Positions 35,375 to 47,323 of a stretch of DNA of 64,000 nt are shown here, one piece after another. Position numbers and translations under genes: made by a program. How positions within the stretch are numbered: position 1 is the first letter of the stretch; the number at the start of each line of letters is the position of its first letter. Source of the DNA: a cyanobacterium endosymbiont of Rhopalodia gibba (GTDB taxonomy: Bacteria > Cyanobacteriota > Cyanobacteriia > Cyanobacteriales > Microcystaceae); contig CP067995.1 of the NCBI GenBank assembly GCA_045159875.1, positions 1,664,001 through 1,728,000 on the forward strand, given 5' to 3'. Below the pieces are notes generated by a model that was given only the letters and a program-made list of their open reading frames with translations, ran no database searches and was not told where the DNA came from.

Positions 35375-36361
35375 TTAGAACTTCATCTCGGCTGCTTGAA
35401 CTCTTTCGACTTGTTTCTTCTTAAGAACTAACAGGATTTGAGCTAACATAATCGCTGCTAAGAAGATCAATAACCACTTAACTCGTGTGGGACTTTGTAA
35501 AACAATTTCCGTGTCTTTTTGCCCAAAACCACCAATATTGGGATTATTTGTGAGTGCTTCTCCCGCTGCCACTTGTTGTCCTTCAGAAATAATCAACTGA
35601 GGACCGGCAGGAATGGTATCTACCACGTCACCATCAGTCGTCTCCAAGGTAACAGTGTAACCGCCAGCCTCATTTTGACTAATGGCGGAAACCTTTCCAG
35701 CTTGGGATGCTTTAAAAACGTTATTATTGCTAGATTGTCCGTTGGGATATATTTGCCCACGACCGCGGTTAGCCCCTAAGTGAACAGGATATTTACCAAA
35801 GTTCACGTTTTTGTCCGTAGCAGGATCAGGAGATAAAATGGGGAAAATAATCTCTTGATATTGATCTCCAGGCAAAGGGCCCACAAGAACCACGTTCTCT
35901 TGATCTTCACGGTAGGGTTGGAAGTAGAGTCCTCCGATCTTTTCTTGCATTTCTTCGGGAATGCGATCAAATGGAGCAATTTTAAAGCCCTCGGGTAACA
36001 TGAGGACAGCCCCCACATTTAGACCCCCTTGGGAGCCATCTCCTAACACCTGTCGGGAATTGGGATCGTGGTAAATTTTTACCACTGCTTCAAAAACCGT
36101 ATTGGGTAGAACCGACTGAGGAATTTCTACTTCAGCAGTCTTTTCTGCTAAATGACAGTTAGCACAAACAATACGTCCAGTTGCTTCTCTAGGGGTTTCT
36201 GGAGCTGTTTCTTGCGCCCAAAAAGGATAGGCAGCAGCCCCTTGGGGAAAAGCAACATCGTTAAAAATATAGAGGGCAAAAGTAGCACAAGCAATCAAGA
36301 TGATATGCATCGTAACCTGCTTACTTACTTGCCAAATTGCCGAGAAATCGGGTGTTCTCAT
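35375..36361 (-). CDS. petA: Apocytochrome f
   Basis: Signal peptide, then YPFWAQ...[31 protein letters not shown] and LKKKQVE.VQAAEM.F. Confidence 0.98.
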   Translation of the reverse strand: MRTPDFSAIWQVSKQVTMHIILIACATFALYIFNDVAFPQGAAAYPFWAQETAPETPREATGRIVCANCHLAEKTAEVEIPQSVLPNTVFEAVVKIYHDPNSRQVLGDGSQGGLNVGAVLMLPEGFKIAPFDRIPEEMQEKIGGLYFQPYREDQENVVLVGPLPGDQYQEIIFPILSPDPATDKNVNFGKYPVHLGANRGRGQIYPNGQSSNNNVFKASQAGKVSAISQNEAGGYTVTLETTDGDVVDTIPAGPQLIISEGQQVAAGEALTNNPNIGGFGQKDTEIVLQSPTRVKWLLIFLAAIMLAQILLVLKKKQVERVQAAEMKF

Positions 36362-36425
36362 TGCTAAGTCAAACCACTCAAATCTTAAATGTTAACATTA
36401 CCAAGGATCGAGATAATTGACCGAA

Positions 36426-36968
36426 TTATACCCACCAGGGGTTTTCATCAGTTCGAAAATCCGTTTCTGTCCAAGTGCTAAAAACTACTTTGTCGTTGTC
36501 ATCAACATTAACATGAGCCAACATTAATGATAAGGGAGCAGGTCCGCGCGTGACTTTTCCCTGGGCATCGTATTGGGAGCCATGACATGGACAAATAAAT
36601 TTTCCTTCGCTAGTGTTCCAAGGAACAACACAACCTAAATGGGTGCAAACAGCGTTAATTCCATAATCAGCCAGAGTTTGCTCCCCCTCAACTATTATGT
36701 AAGTAGGATCGCCTTTTAACCCTTGAGTTAGAACGCGATCACCTGGGTTGTGATTCGCTAAAAATTCACTGACAATGACATCATTACCAAGAGCATCTTT
36801 AGCCGTTACACCACCACTAGTCCCACCACTAGAAGAAGGAATGAAATATTTAGCCACCGGATATAATGCCCCAGCTGCTATGCCGGTAATTGTTCCGAAG
36901 GTTAATAAATTCATGAATTGGCGACGTCCCATATCGGGGACATCGGACGAACCAGATACTTGAGTCAT
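36426..36968 (-). CDS. petC: Cytochrome b6f Rieske iron-sulfur subunit
   Basis: [14 protein letters not shown] (Tat), [18 protein letters not shown] and GPAPLSL. The ATG at 36968 is the likely start. Confidence 0.98.
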   Translation of the reverse strand: MTQVSGSSDVPDMGRRQFMNLLTFGTITGIAAGALYPVAKYFIPSSSGGTSGGVTAKDALGNDVIVSEFLANHNPGDRVLTQGLKGDPTYIIVEGEQTLADYGINAVCTHLGCVVPWNTSEGKFICPCHGSQYDAQGKVTRGPAPLSLMLAHVNVDDNDKVVFSTWTETDFRTDENPWWV

Positions 36969-37230
36969 AACCAATTGTTATTTGTCTACGTTTGCTGATA
37001 CTTCTGATTCACTAAAAATTAGAAGTTACTCGTCTGTGCTGCTTAGAAAGGGTATAATAGCAACCTTGAGCTAAATTGAGGACACTTTCATAGAGAACTC
37101 AAGTTGCATTATCAAGCCATGCAGTTGTATCCTTGCTCTGAAAACAGATTACAAGTCCGTTTTAAATTATGGCAGAAATTTGCCCAGAAAATTTAGTAAG
37201 TTTGGCCGTCAAGTAATTAAGACCAATACA

Positions 37231-38637
37231 ATGAATTCTCTTGATTTAGCTTTTACCCCTGCTTTAGAATTAGCAAAATTAATTCGTAACCGTCAAATTT
37301 CTCCTCTAGAATTAACCCAAGTTTACCTTGATAGGATTCAACAATACGATCCCCAATTAGGCAGTTTTTTTGCTATAGCAGGGGACATAGCTATAGCCGA
37401 CGCTAAAGCTAAAACGGAACAATTAGCCCAGACTTCAAAGATTAATAATGCTCTTCCTCCTTTCTTTGGAGTTCCTACGGCGATTAAAGATCTTAACGCT
37501 GTTGCGCAAATGCCTTTAAGCTATGGAATTTCTGTTTTTAAAGACAATGTTGTGAATTATGATGATGAAGTAGTAACTCGAATCAAAGAAGCAGGATTTA
37601 TTGTCCTAGGTAAAACAGCAACTTCTCAACTGGGTTCTTTTCCCTATACGGAACCTCCAGGGTTTCCTCCAACTCGTAACCCTTGGCATCGAGATTATGT
37701 AGCGGGGGGGTCAAGTGGTGGAGCGGCTGCTGCTGTGGCAGCGGGATTATGCCCCATTGCACAAGGCTCGGATGGAGGAGGCTCGATTCGTATCCCAGCT
37801 GCTTGTTGTGGGTTAGTAGGGATTAAACCTTCTAGGGGTCGGATATCCAATGCTCCTGTAGGGGACTTTCAAAGTGGGATCTCAACCCACGGACCATTAG
37901 GGCGGACGGTGGCTGATGCAGCAGCATTACTAGACGTCATGGCCGGCTATGTGACAGGGGATCCTTATTGGTTAGTATCTCCTGAGATTTCTTTTTTAGC
38001 GGCCACTCGTCAATCTTCAATTCCTCTTAAAGTGGCCTTTTCGACTAAAATCCACCCGTTTCCTGAACCTGAAGAAGTTATCAAAGAAGCAGTTCATAAG
38101 ACAGTTAAATTGTTAGCAGAAATGGGACACGAGGTGGAACCTAGCTGTCCTAATTTTCAGGAATTAATCAATCCTTTTAAGCAAATTTGGCAAGCAGGAA
38201 TTTTAGCATCTGGAGTTCCTATAAAAGTATTGAGTCCCATTAATCAGTGGTTAGGAGAACAGGCAAAAATGACAGAAAAATATTTACAGGCGGTTCATCA
38301 AATGCAAATTGTTTCACGGCAAATTGTTGCTTTTTTTGATCATTTTGATTTGTTGGTTTTACCTGTTTATCTACAACAACCAATTAAGGTAGGAGAATGG
38401 GACAATTTATCTCCAGAAGAAGTTGTAGAGAATATTATTAAATGGATTGCTCCTTGTCCTCCTTGTAATGCGAGTGGTTTACCTGGAATTACCTTATCGA
38501 TAGGACAAGATGAAAAGGGGCTACCAGTGGGTGTCCAATTAATAGGAAAACCTGCCGATGAATTAACATTAATTCGGGTGGCAGCACATTTAGAACAAGT
38601 AATTGAGCCCCTTTCATTCAAAACGATTCAATTATAA
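37231..38637 (+). CDS. Amidase signature family protein
   Basis: [11 protein letters not shown] and [12 protein letters not shown]...[25 protein letters not shown]. The ATG at 37231 is likelier than the TTG at 37180. Confidence 0.92.
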   Translation: MNSLDLAFTPALELAKLIRNRQISPLELTQVYLDRIQQYDPQLGSFFAIAGDIAIADAKAKTEQLAQTSKINNALPPFFGVPTAIKDLNAVAQMPLSYGISVFKDNVVNYDDEVVTRIKEAGFIVLGKTATSQLGSFPYTEPPGFPPTRNPWHRDYVAGGSSGGAAAAVAAGLCPIAQGSDGGGSIRIPAACCGLVGIKPSRGRISNAPVGDFQSGISTHGPLGRTVADAAALLDVMAGYVTGDPYWLVSPEISFLAATRQSSIPLKVAFSTKIHPFPEPEEVIKEAVHKTVKLLAEMGHEVEPSCPNFQELINPFKQIWQAGILASGVPIKVLSPINQWLGEQAKMTEKYLQAVHQMQIVSRQIVAFFDHFDLLVLPVYLQQPIKVGEWDNLSPEEVVENIIKWIAPCPPCNASGLPGITLSIGQDEKGLPVGVQLIGKPADELTLIRVAAHLEQVIEPLSFKTIQL

Positions 38638-38705
38638 TTAAATTTTAATTTAACGATACACCTAATTCATTTACAAAGGAAAACTTTGTTTTTCTATAAG
38701 AGAGA

Positions 38706-39407
38706 CTAAGCTTTTAAAAAATTACTATAACTTCTCATAACGCGCCCACAACTCCAAAATTTTTTGTAATATACTTGACTAATTTTATCGCCTTGTTCTG
38801 AAAAAGGATCTATCGCAATACCATTTCTGCCCGTTTCCTGACCAGAACTATGAATATAGTCCCCTTTTCCCAAATAAAGAGCAACATGGTTCACTCGTCT
38901 TTTACCAAAAAAGATTAAATCTCCAGCTAAAAGATTTTCTTTCTTAATTTTTCTCGTAAAAGCTTCTTGTTGAAAAGAATCTCTAGGTAGCCAGATTCCT
39001 GATACCGCAAAAGCTCTTTGTATTAATCCTGAACAATCATAATTTGGTCCAATAGTTCCCCCCCATAAATAATAATTAGGCTGTTCCATAGCTGCCTTCG
39101 TAAAGGCAATAACTTCTCCTAAACGAAGTACAATGTCATTACGGTTTAAAATGAGGGAATTATAAGGTTTACTTGTGGGTTTTAATGCTGATAGTTGAGC
39201 AATGGGTAGCCATGCTAAATAGTTGTCTTCTTTTAGACAAACTTGAACAGCTTTTTCAGTAGCAGTATTTAATAAAACAGTGAAATTTCTTCCAGTAGCT
39301 GCTTGGGTAGCTAATTCTAAGCATTGAGAAGAATTAAATAAATCTAACGGAGTATGATTACAATATTCACCGCAAACTGAAGGAGGTAGAGAGTTGAGGA
39401 AAGTCAT
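38706..39407 (-). CDS. NlpC/P60 (C40) cell-wall peptidase
   Basis: YLWGG..GPNYDCSGL, LPRDS.QQ, GDLIFF...HVALY.G.G.YIHSSG. Confidence 0.93.
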   Translation of the reverse strand: MTFLNSLPPSVCGEYCNHTPLDLFNSSQCLELATQAATGRNFTVLLNTATEKAVQVCLKEDNYLAWLPIAQLSALKPTSKPYNSLILNRNDIVLRLGEVIAFTKAAMEQPNYYLWGGTIGPNYDCSGLIQRAFAVSGIWLPRDSFQQEAFTRKIKKENLLAGDLIFFGKRRVNHVALYLGKGDYIHSSGQETGRNGIAIDPFSEQGDKISQVYYKKFWSCGRVMRSYSNFLKA

Positions 39408-39714
39408 AATTCGAGACCAACAACAACAGGGAATTTATTTAATAAATAGTTAAACACCATTAAAGTTAAAGATAAGCCAAAACAATGGGCAATGGTCAAA
39501 GTTTTAATTTCTTCAATAAAAGTTTTTGACACAAGGTCGTACATTTATCTACAGACTACTTATGTCAGGATATGAAAACAATAAGTAGCTGATTTTTTAA
39601 AAAAATTCGCTACGATTTATTGTGTGTATCAAGAAAGAGTTAAGTATATTCTAAGCATGTCTATAATTTTTGACTTCTAATTAATCTCCCAATACCCGTT
39701 AGGAATTATTAAAG

Positions 39715-40203
39715 ATGGATTGTCGCCACATTAAGTTCTCTATCGACAGAGCTGAGGTTGATCTTATACAACTCCAAGCATTGTTCAACGAGGTAGCCTT
39801 TTGGGCAAGAGAAAGAACCCTTGAAGATTTAGAGATTGCACTTGCAAACAGTAATCCAATCGTTACTGTTTGGGATACAAGAAGAATGATTGGTTTTTGT
39901 CGAGGTATATCTGATGGAATTTATCGGGGAACTATCTGGGATGTACTTGTTTGCTCACAATACCAAGGATTAGGTCTAGGACGCAAGTTAGTAGAAACGG
40001 CTTTAAGTCATCCATTGATGTGTCGGGTTGAACGGGTTTATTTGATGACGACTTACCAACGGAAATTTTATGAACGTATTGGCTTTCAAGAAAATAAGTC
40101 AACCACGATGGTATTACAGAACACCTATGAAATCAATTCTCTACCTCTGGGTGAAGAATCTTTTGAATATATGCTAAAGGAATCAGAACAAGTACTTGGG
40201 TAA
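39715..40203 (+). CDS. GNAT N-acetyltransferase (Ycf52-like)
   Basis: IWDV.V...YQGLGLGRKLV and FYERIGF acetyl-CoA-binding motifs. Confidence 0.9.
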   Translation: MDCRHIKFSIDRAEVDLIQLQALFNEVAFWARERTLEDLEIALANSNPIVTVWDTRRMIGFCRGISDGIYRGTIWDVLVCSQYQGLGLGRKLVETALSHPLMCRVERVYLMTTYQRKFYERIGFQENKSTTMVLQNTYEINSLPLGEESFEYMLKESEQVLG

Positions 40204-41946
40204 TCTTTTCCGAAAACTTTAAATATAGAGATCTGTTGCTTTTAATACTCCTTATTGTGCAACAGAAATTCACATGTCGACTATGATAACAAGTACTTAG
40301 AATAAATGTTATTCATGAGCTACTAAGTAGATAACCTTAAATAGGTCTAGAATAGAAAAGTAACTAAGAAAGCGCAATTATTAAATAGCCAACCGCTTAA
40401 AAATTTAGTTAATAGAATTTAGATAAACAAATACTATCAAGATTAGTTTTTAACCTCAAAATTTCCTCTGGTAGGAGAACAAAAACATAGATTTTATATT
40501 CAAATTATAGAAATGAAAAATCACATACATTGTAAATTTAATAGAACTGTGACAGAATATGATTAGAAAAAACAATCTAGATAAATTTTAGAAGTAAGAA
40601 GGGGAAAGATTATCTTTTTATCAAAGAAGTAAAAAATAAATAATTTGAAATAAAAATAAGTGTAAAATATTTTAAATTACATCTCAAAGAAAAAGAAGAT
40701 ATAACAGTTAATAGTTATCTAAAATTTTAAAAAAAAAAAATTAAAATTAACTCCAAAAAAAAACCAATTTTTTCAAGAAGATAGCTAAAAATAATTAAAA
40801 AAAAGTTAATATAAGAACTAATCTATGTCCTAAAAAATAAAGAAATTGAAATTTTATAAATAAACATGAAAGACAAAAAATAGACAGAGTAATCTTCAAT
40901 AAGAATTGCAGTTACAACAAATTTACAATGTAGAGTTAACCCAAATAATACTAATTTAAATACTTTATATTACAAAATAAATAGCATTAATTAAGCCGCA
41001 AATTTTCCTAGTTAATTAACTTTAACTTATTGTTGATATTTGCTATTATCCTTGATAAGCTCAAGCTGAATAATAAAATTATCGCCTATTTTTTATATAT
41101 AAAAAATAATTTTTTCAATACATAGTGGCTAATTTCAATAATCTTGATACTCAGTCTTAGTTTTTATTGACAATTATTATTAATTTCTCTTTTAATCAGA
41201 TTTTCAATAGAATAGAAATATTTTATACAAATATTTAGATTTTACTTATGTTTTTTGCTTAAATTTTCTTGCAAAAAAAAATATATTTACTTTTTTAAGT
41301 GCTATTTGACCAGTATTTGTAAGTTATCTATCTTTTGACTTAAAGTTTTTTAATCTTTTAATTAAAAATTAACTTATCTCTTTTTATAAAAATATCTATT
41401 GCTACTTCAAACCACTATATTATTTTATTATGTCTTTTAGATTTTTTCTCTATAATTCCAAAGATCATTTCTTTGTCTAAATCTAATAATGTTAAATAAT
41501 AACTTTCTTATATTTCAATACAAGCTATTTTATCAACTTCTAATCGGTTTAATTTTTATTTTTTTTTATGTGCAAATATTAATATTAGTCCTTGAATATT
41601 ATTTTTATTTCTTGTTCACTTACTTCATTTATTGTGTTCATATTTTTAATGTGACTATTTAAGATATATTTAATAAATTTTGTATTACATCTTCTAGCAT
41701 ATATTACTTTCAAAGATTAACTTTTTCTTGAATCTATTCTCAGATTGATTACATTCAATTTGATAATAAGCTATCTTAAGATAGATGGTTTCTTTTGTTC
41801 AGGGAAAATTTATTATAGTTAATTCATTATTTTTATAAAATTTTCTAGTGGTTGAGCCACAGTAAATCCAAGTTGCTGTTTAGTATATTTTCTCAGTAAA
41901 TTTTATAAAAATATTAAATTAAATTGAGTTTGATTAAACTTAAAAA

Positions 41947-41983
41947 CTATACTTACTATATCTGCTCTATATAGTAAGTATAG
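41947..41983. repeat. Perfect inverted repeat, 15-bp arms
   Basis: CTATACTTACTATAT-CTGCTCT-ATATAGTAAGTATAG. It could also act as the tsaC terminator. Confidence 0.9.
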
Positions 41984-42069
41984 CTTTTAATAAGCAACCC
42001 TATTATCAATAATTACAATTTATCTTTATACATTTAATTTTTATATAACGAGTTTATCAAAAATACAAT

Positions 42070-42678
42070 CTATTCGAGGGTTTCTTCTTCCTTAATAAAG
42101 ACGTCCCCTTGACGTAAAATCATCCACCCTTTTTCTGTCCATTTTGCAACAGTTGAGGGAATTCCACTTACATATTTTTCTTCAAAAGTTAAGTCACTAT
42201 CATCTAAAGTATAAACATCAGGGAAAGTTGCTGCAATCGCTTTCATAGTTTCTAGAGGAGGATGTCCTGATAGATTAGAACTCGTAGTAGCTAAACATCC
42301 CGTTTTTGCCAAAATTTCTTGAGCAGTTTTATGATTAGGAATACGGAGACCAATAGTACCTGAATTAGTAGGATTTACTGCTTTTGGAACTAGGGGCGAA
42401 GCAGGTAATACTAACGTTAATGATCCTGGCCAATAACGTTGAGCTGTTTGTTGCCAAATATCCAATTCTTGAAGAGTTCCTTTAATATATTGCCAAAAAT
42501 CTTCAGGAGATGCTCCCATTAGAATTAAGGGTTTGTCGGGGTCGCGTTTTTTAAGAGAGAAGATCAGAGAAGCACTTTCAGGTAAAACTCCCAGAGCAGG
42601 AACAGTATCTGTAGGAAAACTTACCACTTGACCAATTTTTGCAACTTTAATTAATTGAGATTCGCGAACTTTAGGCAT
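42070..42678 (-). CDS. tsaC: L-threonylcarbamoyladenylate synthase (Sua5/YrdC)
   Basis: SFPTDTVPAL, K.R...KPL, YWPGSLTLVL, G.RIP and LATTS.NLSG. Confidence 0.93.
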   Translation of the reverse strand: MPKVRESQLIKVAKIGQVVSFPTDTVPALGVLPESASLIFSLKKRDPDKPLILMGASPEDFWQYIKGTLQELDIWQQTAQRYWPGSLTLVLPASPLVPKAVNPTNSGTIGLRIPNHKTAQEILAKTGCLATTSSNLSGHPPLETMKAIAATFPDVYTLDDSDLTFEEKYVSGIPSTVAKWTEKGWMILRQGDVFIKEEETLE

Positions 42679-42714
42679 TTTTTCTAAAAATAACTACTAT
42701 AAAATTGTTAGATT

Positions 42715-43400
42715 TTTTTACAAGAACTACCAGATTAAGTAGGATTGTTCCATGTAAAATCGCCCCTGTTAACTTCACCATGATGTGATTTTTTATCCTA
42801 CTTTTACACTTGATAAATCTATCCAAATTAAGTTAACTCGCTGTAAATCCGCTTGAAGCCAATTAACTTATGATAAATTTATCAGAAACAAGTCTGCGCA
42901 AAATAAATTGGCTTCTTCTAAATTTACCTAATGTAAAAGGATAGCATTTAAATCTACATAGTTTAAATTGGCATAGATTAATTCTTTTCTTTTATATCAA
43001 CACCCAGTTGTCTCAAGGCTTCTATTAAGTCACGATAAGATAATAGAAGCCTTGAGACAACTGGGGGGAAGTACAATAATGGTCGTTGTAATTTTCATGA
43101 CTATGAACATAGGAGTTTTGTAGCTAATAATTATAGGGGTGAGCATAAGGTCTTTTTTGCTTTGTAACAGTAGAATTGGCATGTTTAGAAGAAGATCTAT
43201 TAAATTGACAAGACTTATGCCGTTTACACAGTGTAATTGGATTTTTAAAGTTTAGTTAGTACTCTAGCAATTAACTGTTTATTATTTTTCGGAAGACAAT
43301 CAGAATGCTAAATCTTAGTAAGCTTACTCAATCCTTTTAAGGGATATATCTATTTCTAATCCTAACACTGTGTAAGACTGTTCTACTCCTTTTATTACTG
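42715..43400 (-). pseudogene. DnaJ-domain + pentapeptide-repeat protein pseudogene
   Basis: Minus-strand fragments VEQSYTVLGLE and AY*DLA..(H)SDCLPKNNKQL are J-domain-like with a decayed HPD. ADL..NLS.VN..QADLQRVNL and VKLTGAILHGTIL are pentapeptide repeats. Boundaries approximate. Confidence 0.7.
43003..43065. repeat. Perfect inverted repeat, 25-bp arms, 13-nt loop, inside pseudogene
   Basis: CCCAGTTGTCTCAAGGCTTCTATTA-AGTCACGATAAGA-TAATAGAAGCCTTGAGACAACTGGG. Confidence 0.96.
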
Positions 43401-44115
43401 CGCCAAAAGACTGATAAAATAACAATACCAGTTCTGCAGAGCCATTAATATACTTAATAAATAATAAAAAATAAAAGATTTTAAAAAAAATAAATTACTA
43501 TTTAAGACGAAAAAATAAGAATTTAAAATAAAAAAATAAATTTAGTCAATTAATGATTTTTTTATATTTTACATCTAATTACTTATCTATTTCTTGCCAT
43601 AAATACATAAAGATTTAACTATGAATATATTTTTTAAAAAAACAATTTAATAATGTTGCAGTGACTATAAAAAACATGAATGCCAATAAAAAGTTGGATA
43701 TTAACTCGACAATATTGATATTAGAATAGATTATGGTCAAAGAATACAGGAGACAATATAATGTTATATCGAACTCTTGATCATAGAAGCAAATTAATTG
43801 AGTCAAGAACAAAACTCATATAATTTTACACAACAAAGTATGAACATACTTAGGAATACTGGGATAAACGATTCTTACTTTATTAAAAGAGAAAATTAGA
43901 CTGGTTATTAACCATATGAAAAAGCTAGACAGTTAAAACATGTTCTTATTCTCTTCTCTTTAGATATTATTTTTACATGACAGGTCTGATAAAACTATCT
44001 TTTTTTATGACAACCTCACTTGGTTTAGTTTCTATTCGTAAAAACCACAAAACCGTGTACCTGACCAGGTATTATCTATAACTGAATCACACAACAATTT
44101 AGCTAGGATGTCAAG

Positions 44116-45525
44116 ATGATTAACTGGACCGATAAAAATAGAGTAAAAGGTTGGGTAAGAAAATTATTTTGGCTGGGAGTTGTCATTACTCTGGCAATTT
44201 TTCTATTGAATTTCATTTTAATAGGGTTTGGAGTATACGGAGATGGGATAGGGTATTATACACCTCTACGTTCCTTGATTTTTGATGGTGATCTTCGAAT
44301 TTATGATGAATACGAATATTTATCCCATTCTGCATCTAATTTTGGTGGGGGTGCTCGTGTAGATCAAGCTATTCCCCAATACAGTAAATATACTTTGGGT
44401 TTAGGATTGATTCTATCCCCCTTTTTTGCCCTCGGACATTTTGCAACCTTAATTGCAAATATTTTAGGGTTAGAAATTGACCCGAATGGACTGACTTGGA
44501 GTTATGAATTATTTTATTGTCTGGGCAGTATCATATTAGGTATTTTTGGACTAATTGCTTGCTATAAAGCCGCCAGATTATTTTTTAGTCAGACTGCTTC
44601 TGTCTTAGCTGTAGCAGGAATTTGGTTTGCCTCTCCTTTGAGTTTTTACCTTACTCTAGAAGTTTCTATGTCTCATGCTGTCTCTCAATTTTTAATTTCT
44701 ATATTTCTCTATATTTGTATTTCTACAGTTTGGGTAAAACAACGCCGTCAACAAATTTTACTAGGACTAGTTTTGGGATTAGGGACATTTGTTCGTCCGC
44801 AAAATATTTTGTTTGCTATTGTTCCTATCACCATGATTGTCTGGAATATAATTAATAGAGTCATTAAAGCTAACCAAATTGGTATAAATACCCCCTGGAA
44901 AGGGATGATTAAACTACCAGATATTACTTCATTAGCTGTGATAGGATTTGTAGCTTGTTTAATGCAGCTTCCCCAAATTTTTATCTATCAATGGCAATAT
45001 AATAGTTTTTTTAAAATTCCTTATCTAGAAGAGGGGGGAGCAGAAGGATATGAATCGAGTTTTAACTGGATTCGACCACAAATTAGTAATGTTTTATTTT
45101 CGGGACATCGCGGTCTATTTTTTTGGCATCCTGTATTATTTTTAAGTATCATTGGCTTAATTTTAGTTTTTCAAAAATTACCAATGTTAGTAACAAGTTT
45201 TTTACTGGCTTTTGGATTACAAGTTTATTTAGTTGCTTCTTGGTGGTGTTGGTGGCAAGGCTCAAGTTTTGGGGGAAGAATGTTTATAAATTGTAGTTTG
45301 ATTTTTGTTTGGGGATTAGCAGCTTTTTGGGATAATTTATCCTGTAAAAGATTGCCACTGATTGGAGTAGGAGTGACTCTATTTTTAATGGGATGGAATG
45401 CCTTATTAATTCTACAATACGAATCAGGGATGATTCCTTCAGAAGACGCTGTTACTATTAGAGAAGTTTTACATAATCAATTGTTTGCCATTCCTCACTT
45501 TATGAATCATCTTTTTAATCGTTAG
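44116..45525 (+). CDS. GT-C fold polytopic glycosyltransferase (ArnT/PMT-like)
   Basis: Multi-TM protein with GDGIGYY..LRSL.FDGDL in the first loop, SMSHA, VRPQN, GLFFWHP and W..W.G.SFG.R. Confidence 0.75.
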   Translation: MINWTDKNRVKGWVRKLFWLGVVITLAIFLLNFILIGFGVYGDGIGYYTPLRSLIFDGDLRIYDEYEYLSHSASNFGGGARVDQAIPQYSKYTLGLGLILSPFFALGHFATLIANILGLEIDPNGLTWSYELFYCLGSIILGIFGLIACYKAARLFFSQTASVLAVAGIWFASPLSFYLTLEVSMSHAVSQFLISIFLYICISTVWVKQRRQQILLGLVLGLGTFVRPQNILFAIVPITMIVWNIINRVIKANQIGINTPWKGMIKLPDITSLAVIGFVACLMQLPQIFIYQWQYNSFFKIPYLEEGGAEGYESSFNWIRPQISNVLFSGHRGLFFWHPVLFLSIIGLILVFQKLPMLVTSFLLAFGLQVYLVASWWCWWQGSSFGGRMFINCSLIFVWGLAAFWDNLSCKRLPLIGVGVTLFLMGWNALLILQYESGMIPSEDAVTIREVLHNQLFAIPHFMNHLFNR

Positions 45526-45663
45526 TCATTAATTTATGATTTTTTAATTTAAAAATTTATAATTATTTACTTTAAATTGTTAATTATAGTGGTAGGCTTT
45601 AATCCTAGTGAATTAATAGTCAGTTATCATATAAGATGAAGTTTTAGTAACTTTTAATTGCAG

Positions 45664-46887
45664 ATGTCTCCTGTTATCCCTTCTAAAAATTTAGCTTGGT
45701 TGTATCGAGGAACTCATGAAATCTTCCCCCATCAACCCAATTCAGATAACTTTGAAGAAAATCTTGAAAAATACCTGAACAAATGCGATCATCCTCTCAG
45801 AGTCAAGTTAGGAATCGACCCCACAGATTCGAACATTCATCTAGGCCATAGTATCCCTTTTCGAAAGTTAAGATCGTTTCAGGATGCAGGCCATACTGCT
45901 GTAGTAATTATAGGGGATTTCACTGCACAAATTGGTGACCCGACAGGAAGATCGGAAGTTAGGAAACAATTAACGCAGGAACAGGTTCAGGAGAACGCTA
46001 AAAACTATTTAGAACAATTGTCTTCTATTCTTGATTTTGAAACCCCAGGACGATTAGAGATTCGCTACAATTCTGAATGGTTAAAAGAATTAAATTTAGT
46101 TAAAATTCAAGAATTATTAGCCACAATGACCGTAGGGCAAATGTTAGCTAAAGAAGGATTTGCAGAAAGATTTAAACAAGAAAATCCTATTTTTCTCCAT
46201 GAATTTTTGTACCCCTTAATGCAGGGTTATGATTCAGTGATGATTGATGCAGATATAGAATTGGGGGGAACGGATCAAAAATTTAATATTGCTGTAGGAA
46301 GAGACTTACAAAGATACTTTGGAAAAACTCCTCAATTTGGTTTATTATTACCTATCTTAATCGGGACAGATGGACATCAAAAAATGTCTAAATCTCTCAA
46401 TAACTATGTTGGCTTAAAAGAAAATGCATTGTCGATGTATTCAAAGTTAGAAAAGACTCCAGATACTTTAATTAGAAGTTATTTTGAATTATTAACTAAA
46501 TTACCATTAGATAATTTATCTGAAAATCCAAGAGACTGTCAAAAACAATTAGGGATTGAAATTGTCTCTCAATTCCATGGAAGAGACGCTGCTTTAACTG
46601 CAAAAAAAACGGCCGAAGAGTTAGTGAAAAAGAGAACTGGAACCTCGAACGATATAGTAGCTGAATATGACCTCTCTGGAGTAGAATTTCCCGCTAAACT
46701 GTTTTATGTTTTGAGTGCCAGTGGATTATGTAGCAGTAGTGGAGAAGGAAGACGACAACTTCAAGGGGGTGCAGTTCGTTTAGACGGTGATCGTGTTACT
46801 GACGTTAACTCAAGTTTTGAAACTGTCGAAGAACTCCAAGGCAAAGTATTACAAGTAGGTAAGAAAAAATTTGTTAGGTTGGTTTGA
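45664..46887 (+). CDS. tyrS: Tyrosine--tRNA ligase
   Basis: KLGIDPT...[31 protein letters not shown] and a C-terminal S4 domain. Confidence 0.97.
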   Translation: MSPVIPSKNLAWLYRGTHEIFPHQPNSDNFEENLEKYLNKCDHPLRVKLGIDPTDSNIHLGHSIPFRKLRSFQDAGHTAVVIIGDFTAQIGDPTGRSEVRKQLTQEQVQENAKNYLEQLSSILDFETPGRLEIRYNSEWLKELNLVKIQELLATMTVGQMLAKEGFAERFKQENPIFLHEFLYPLMQGYDSVMIDADIELGGTDQKFNIAVGRDLQRYFGKTPQFGLLLPILIGTDGHQKMSKSLNNYVGLKENALSMYSKLEKTPDTLIRSYFELLTKLPLDNLSENPRDCQKQLGIEIVSQFHGRDAALTAKKTAEELVKKRTGTSNDIVAEYDLSGVEFPAKLFYVLSASGLCSSSGEGRRQLQGGAVRLDGDRVTDVNSSFETVEELQGKVLQVGKKKFVRLV

Positions 46888-47234
46888 ACAATTGACATAA
46901 ATCCGGTATTCATAGCTTCTTTATTCTCAAACTCTGCTGTCTTCTGCCTGTTTTATTATTTTTTAATATAAATAATTTTTTGTAAATAAATTTTAGATAT
47001 GATTGAGTATTTTTTTCTTCTAATAATCTATTGTATAGCCCGCAAATTAAATTCATCATAAACTAGTTAGATCATAGAAAATTCTAACTGAAATCTTTAA
47101 AATTTTTTATATAATTTTCTATTTATTGATACTCCCCTTGTCTTATATATAAGAGATCTTAATAGTTAATGAATAAAAAGTAGACTGAACCATACAGGTG
47201 AAGTTGCTCTCGATATAGAAATTTATTAGTTTAT

Positions 47235-47323
47235 CCTCTTGAGATACAGCATTTTCAACTTTAATGTTCTTTGTTTAGTCCCTAAAGAGGAGTTGTTCGG
47301 TGCAAATGCTGTATCTCAAGAGG
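47235..47323. repeat. Perfect inverted repeat, 20-bp arms, 49-nt spacer
   Basis: CCTCTTGAGATACAGCATTT (47235-47254) ... AAATGCTGTATCTCAAGAGG (47304-47323). Confidence 0.93.
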
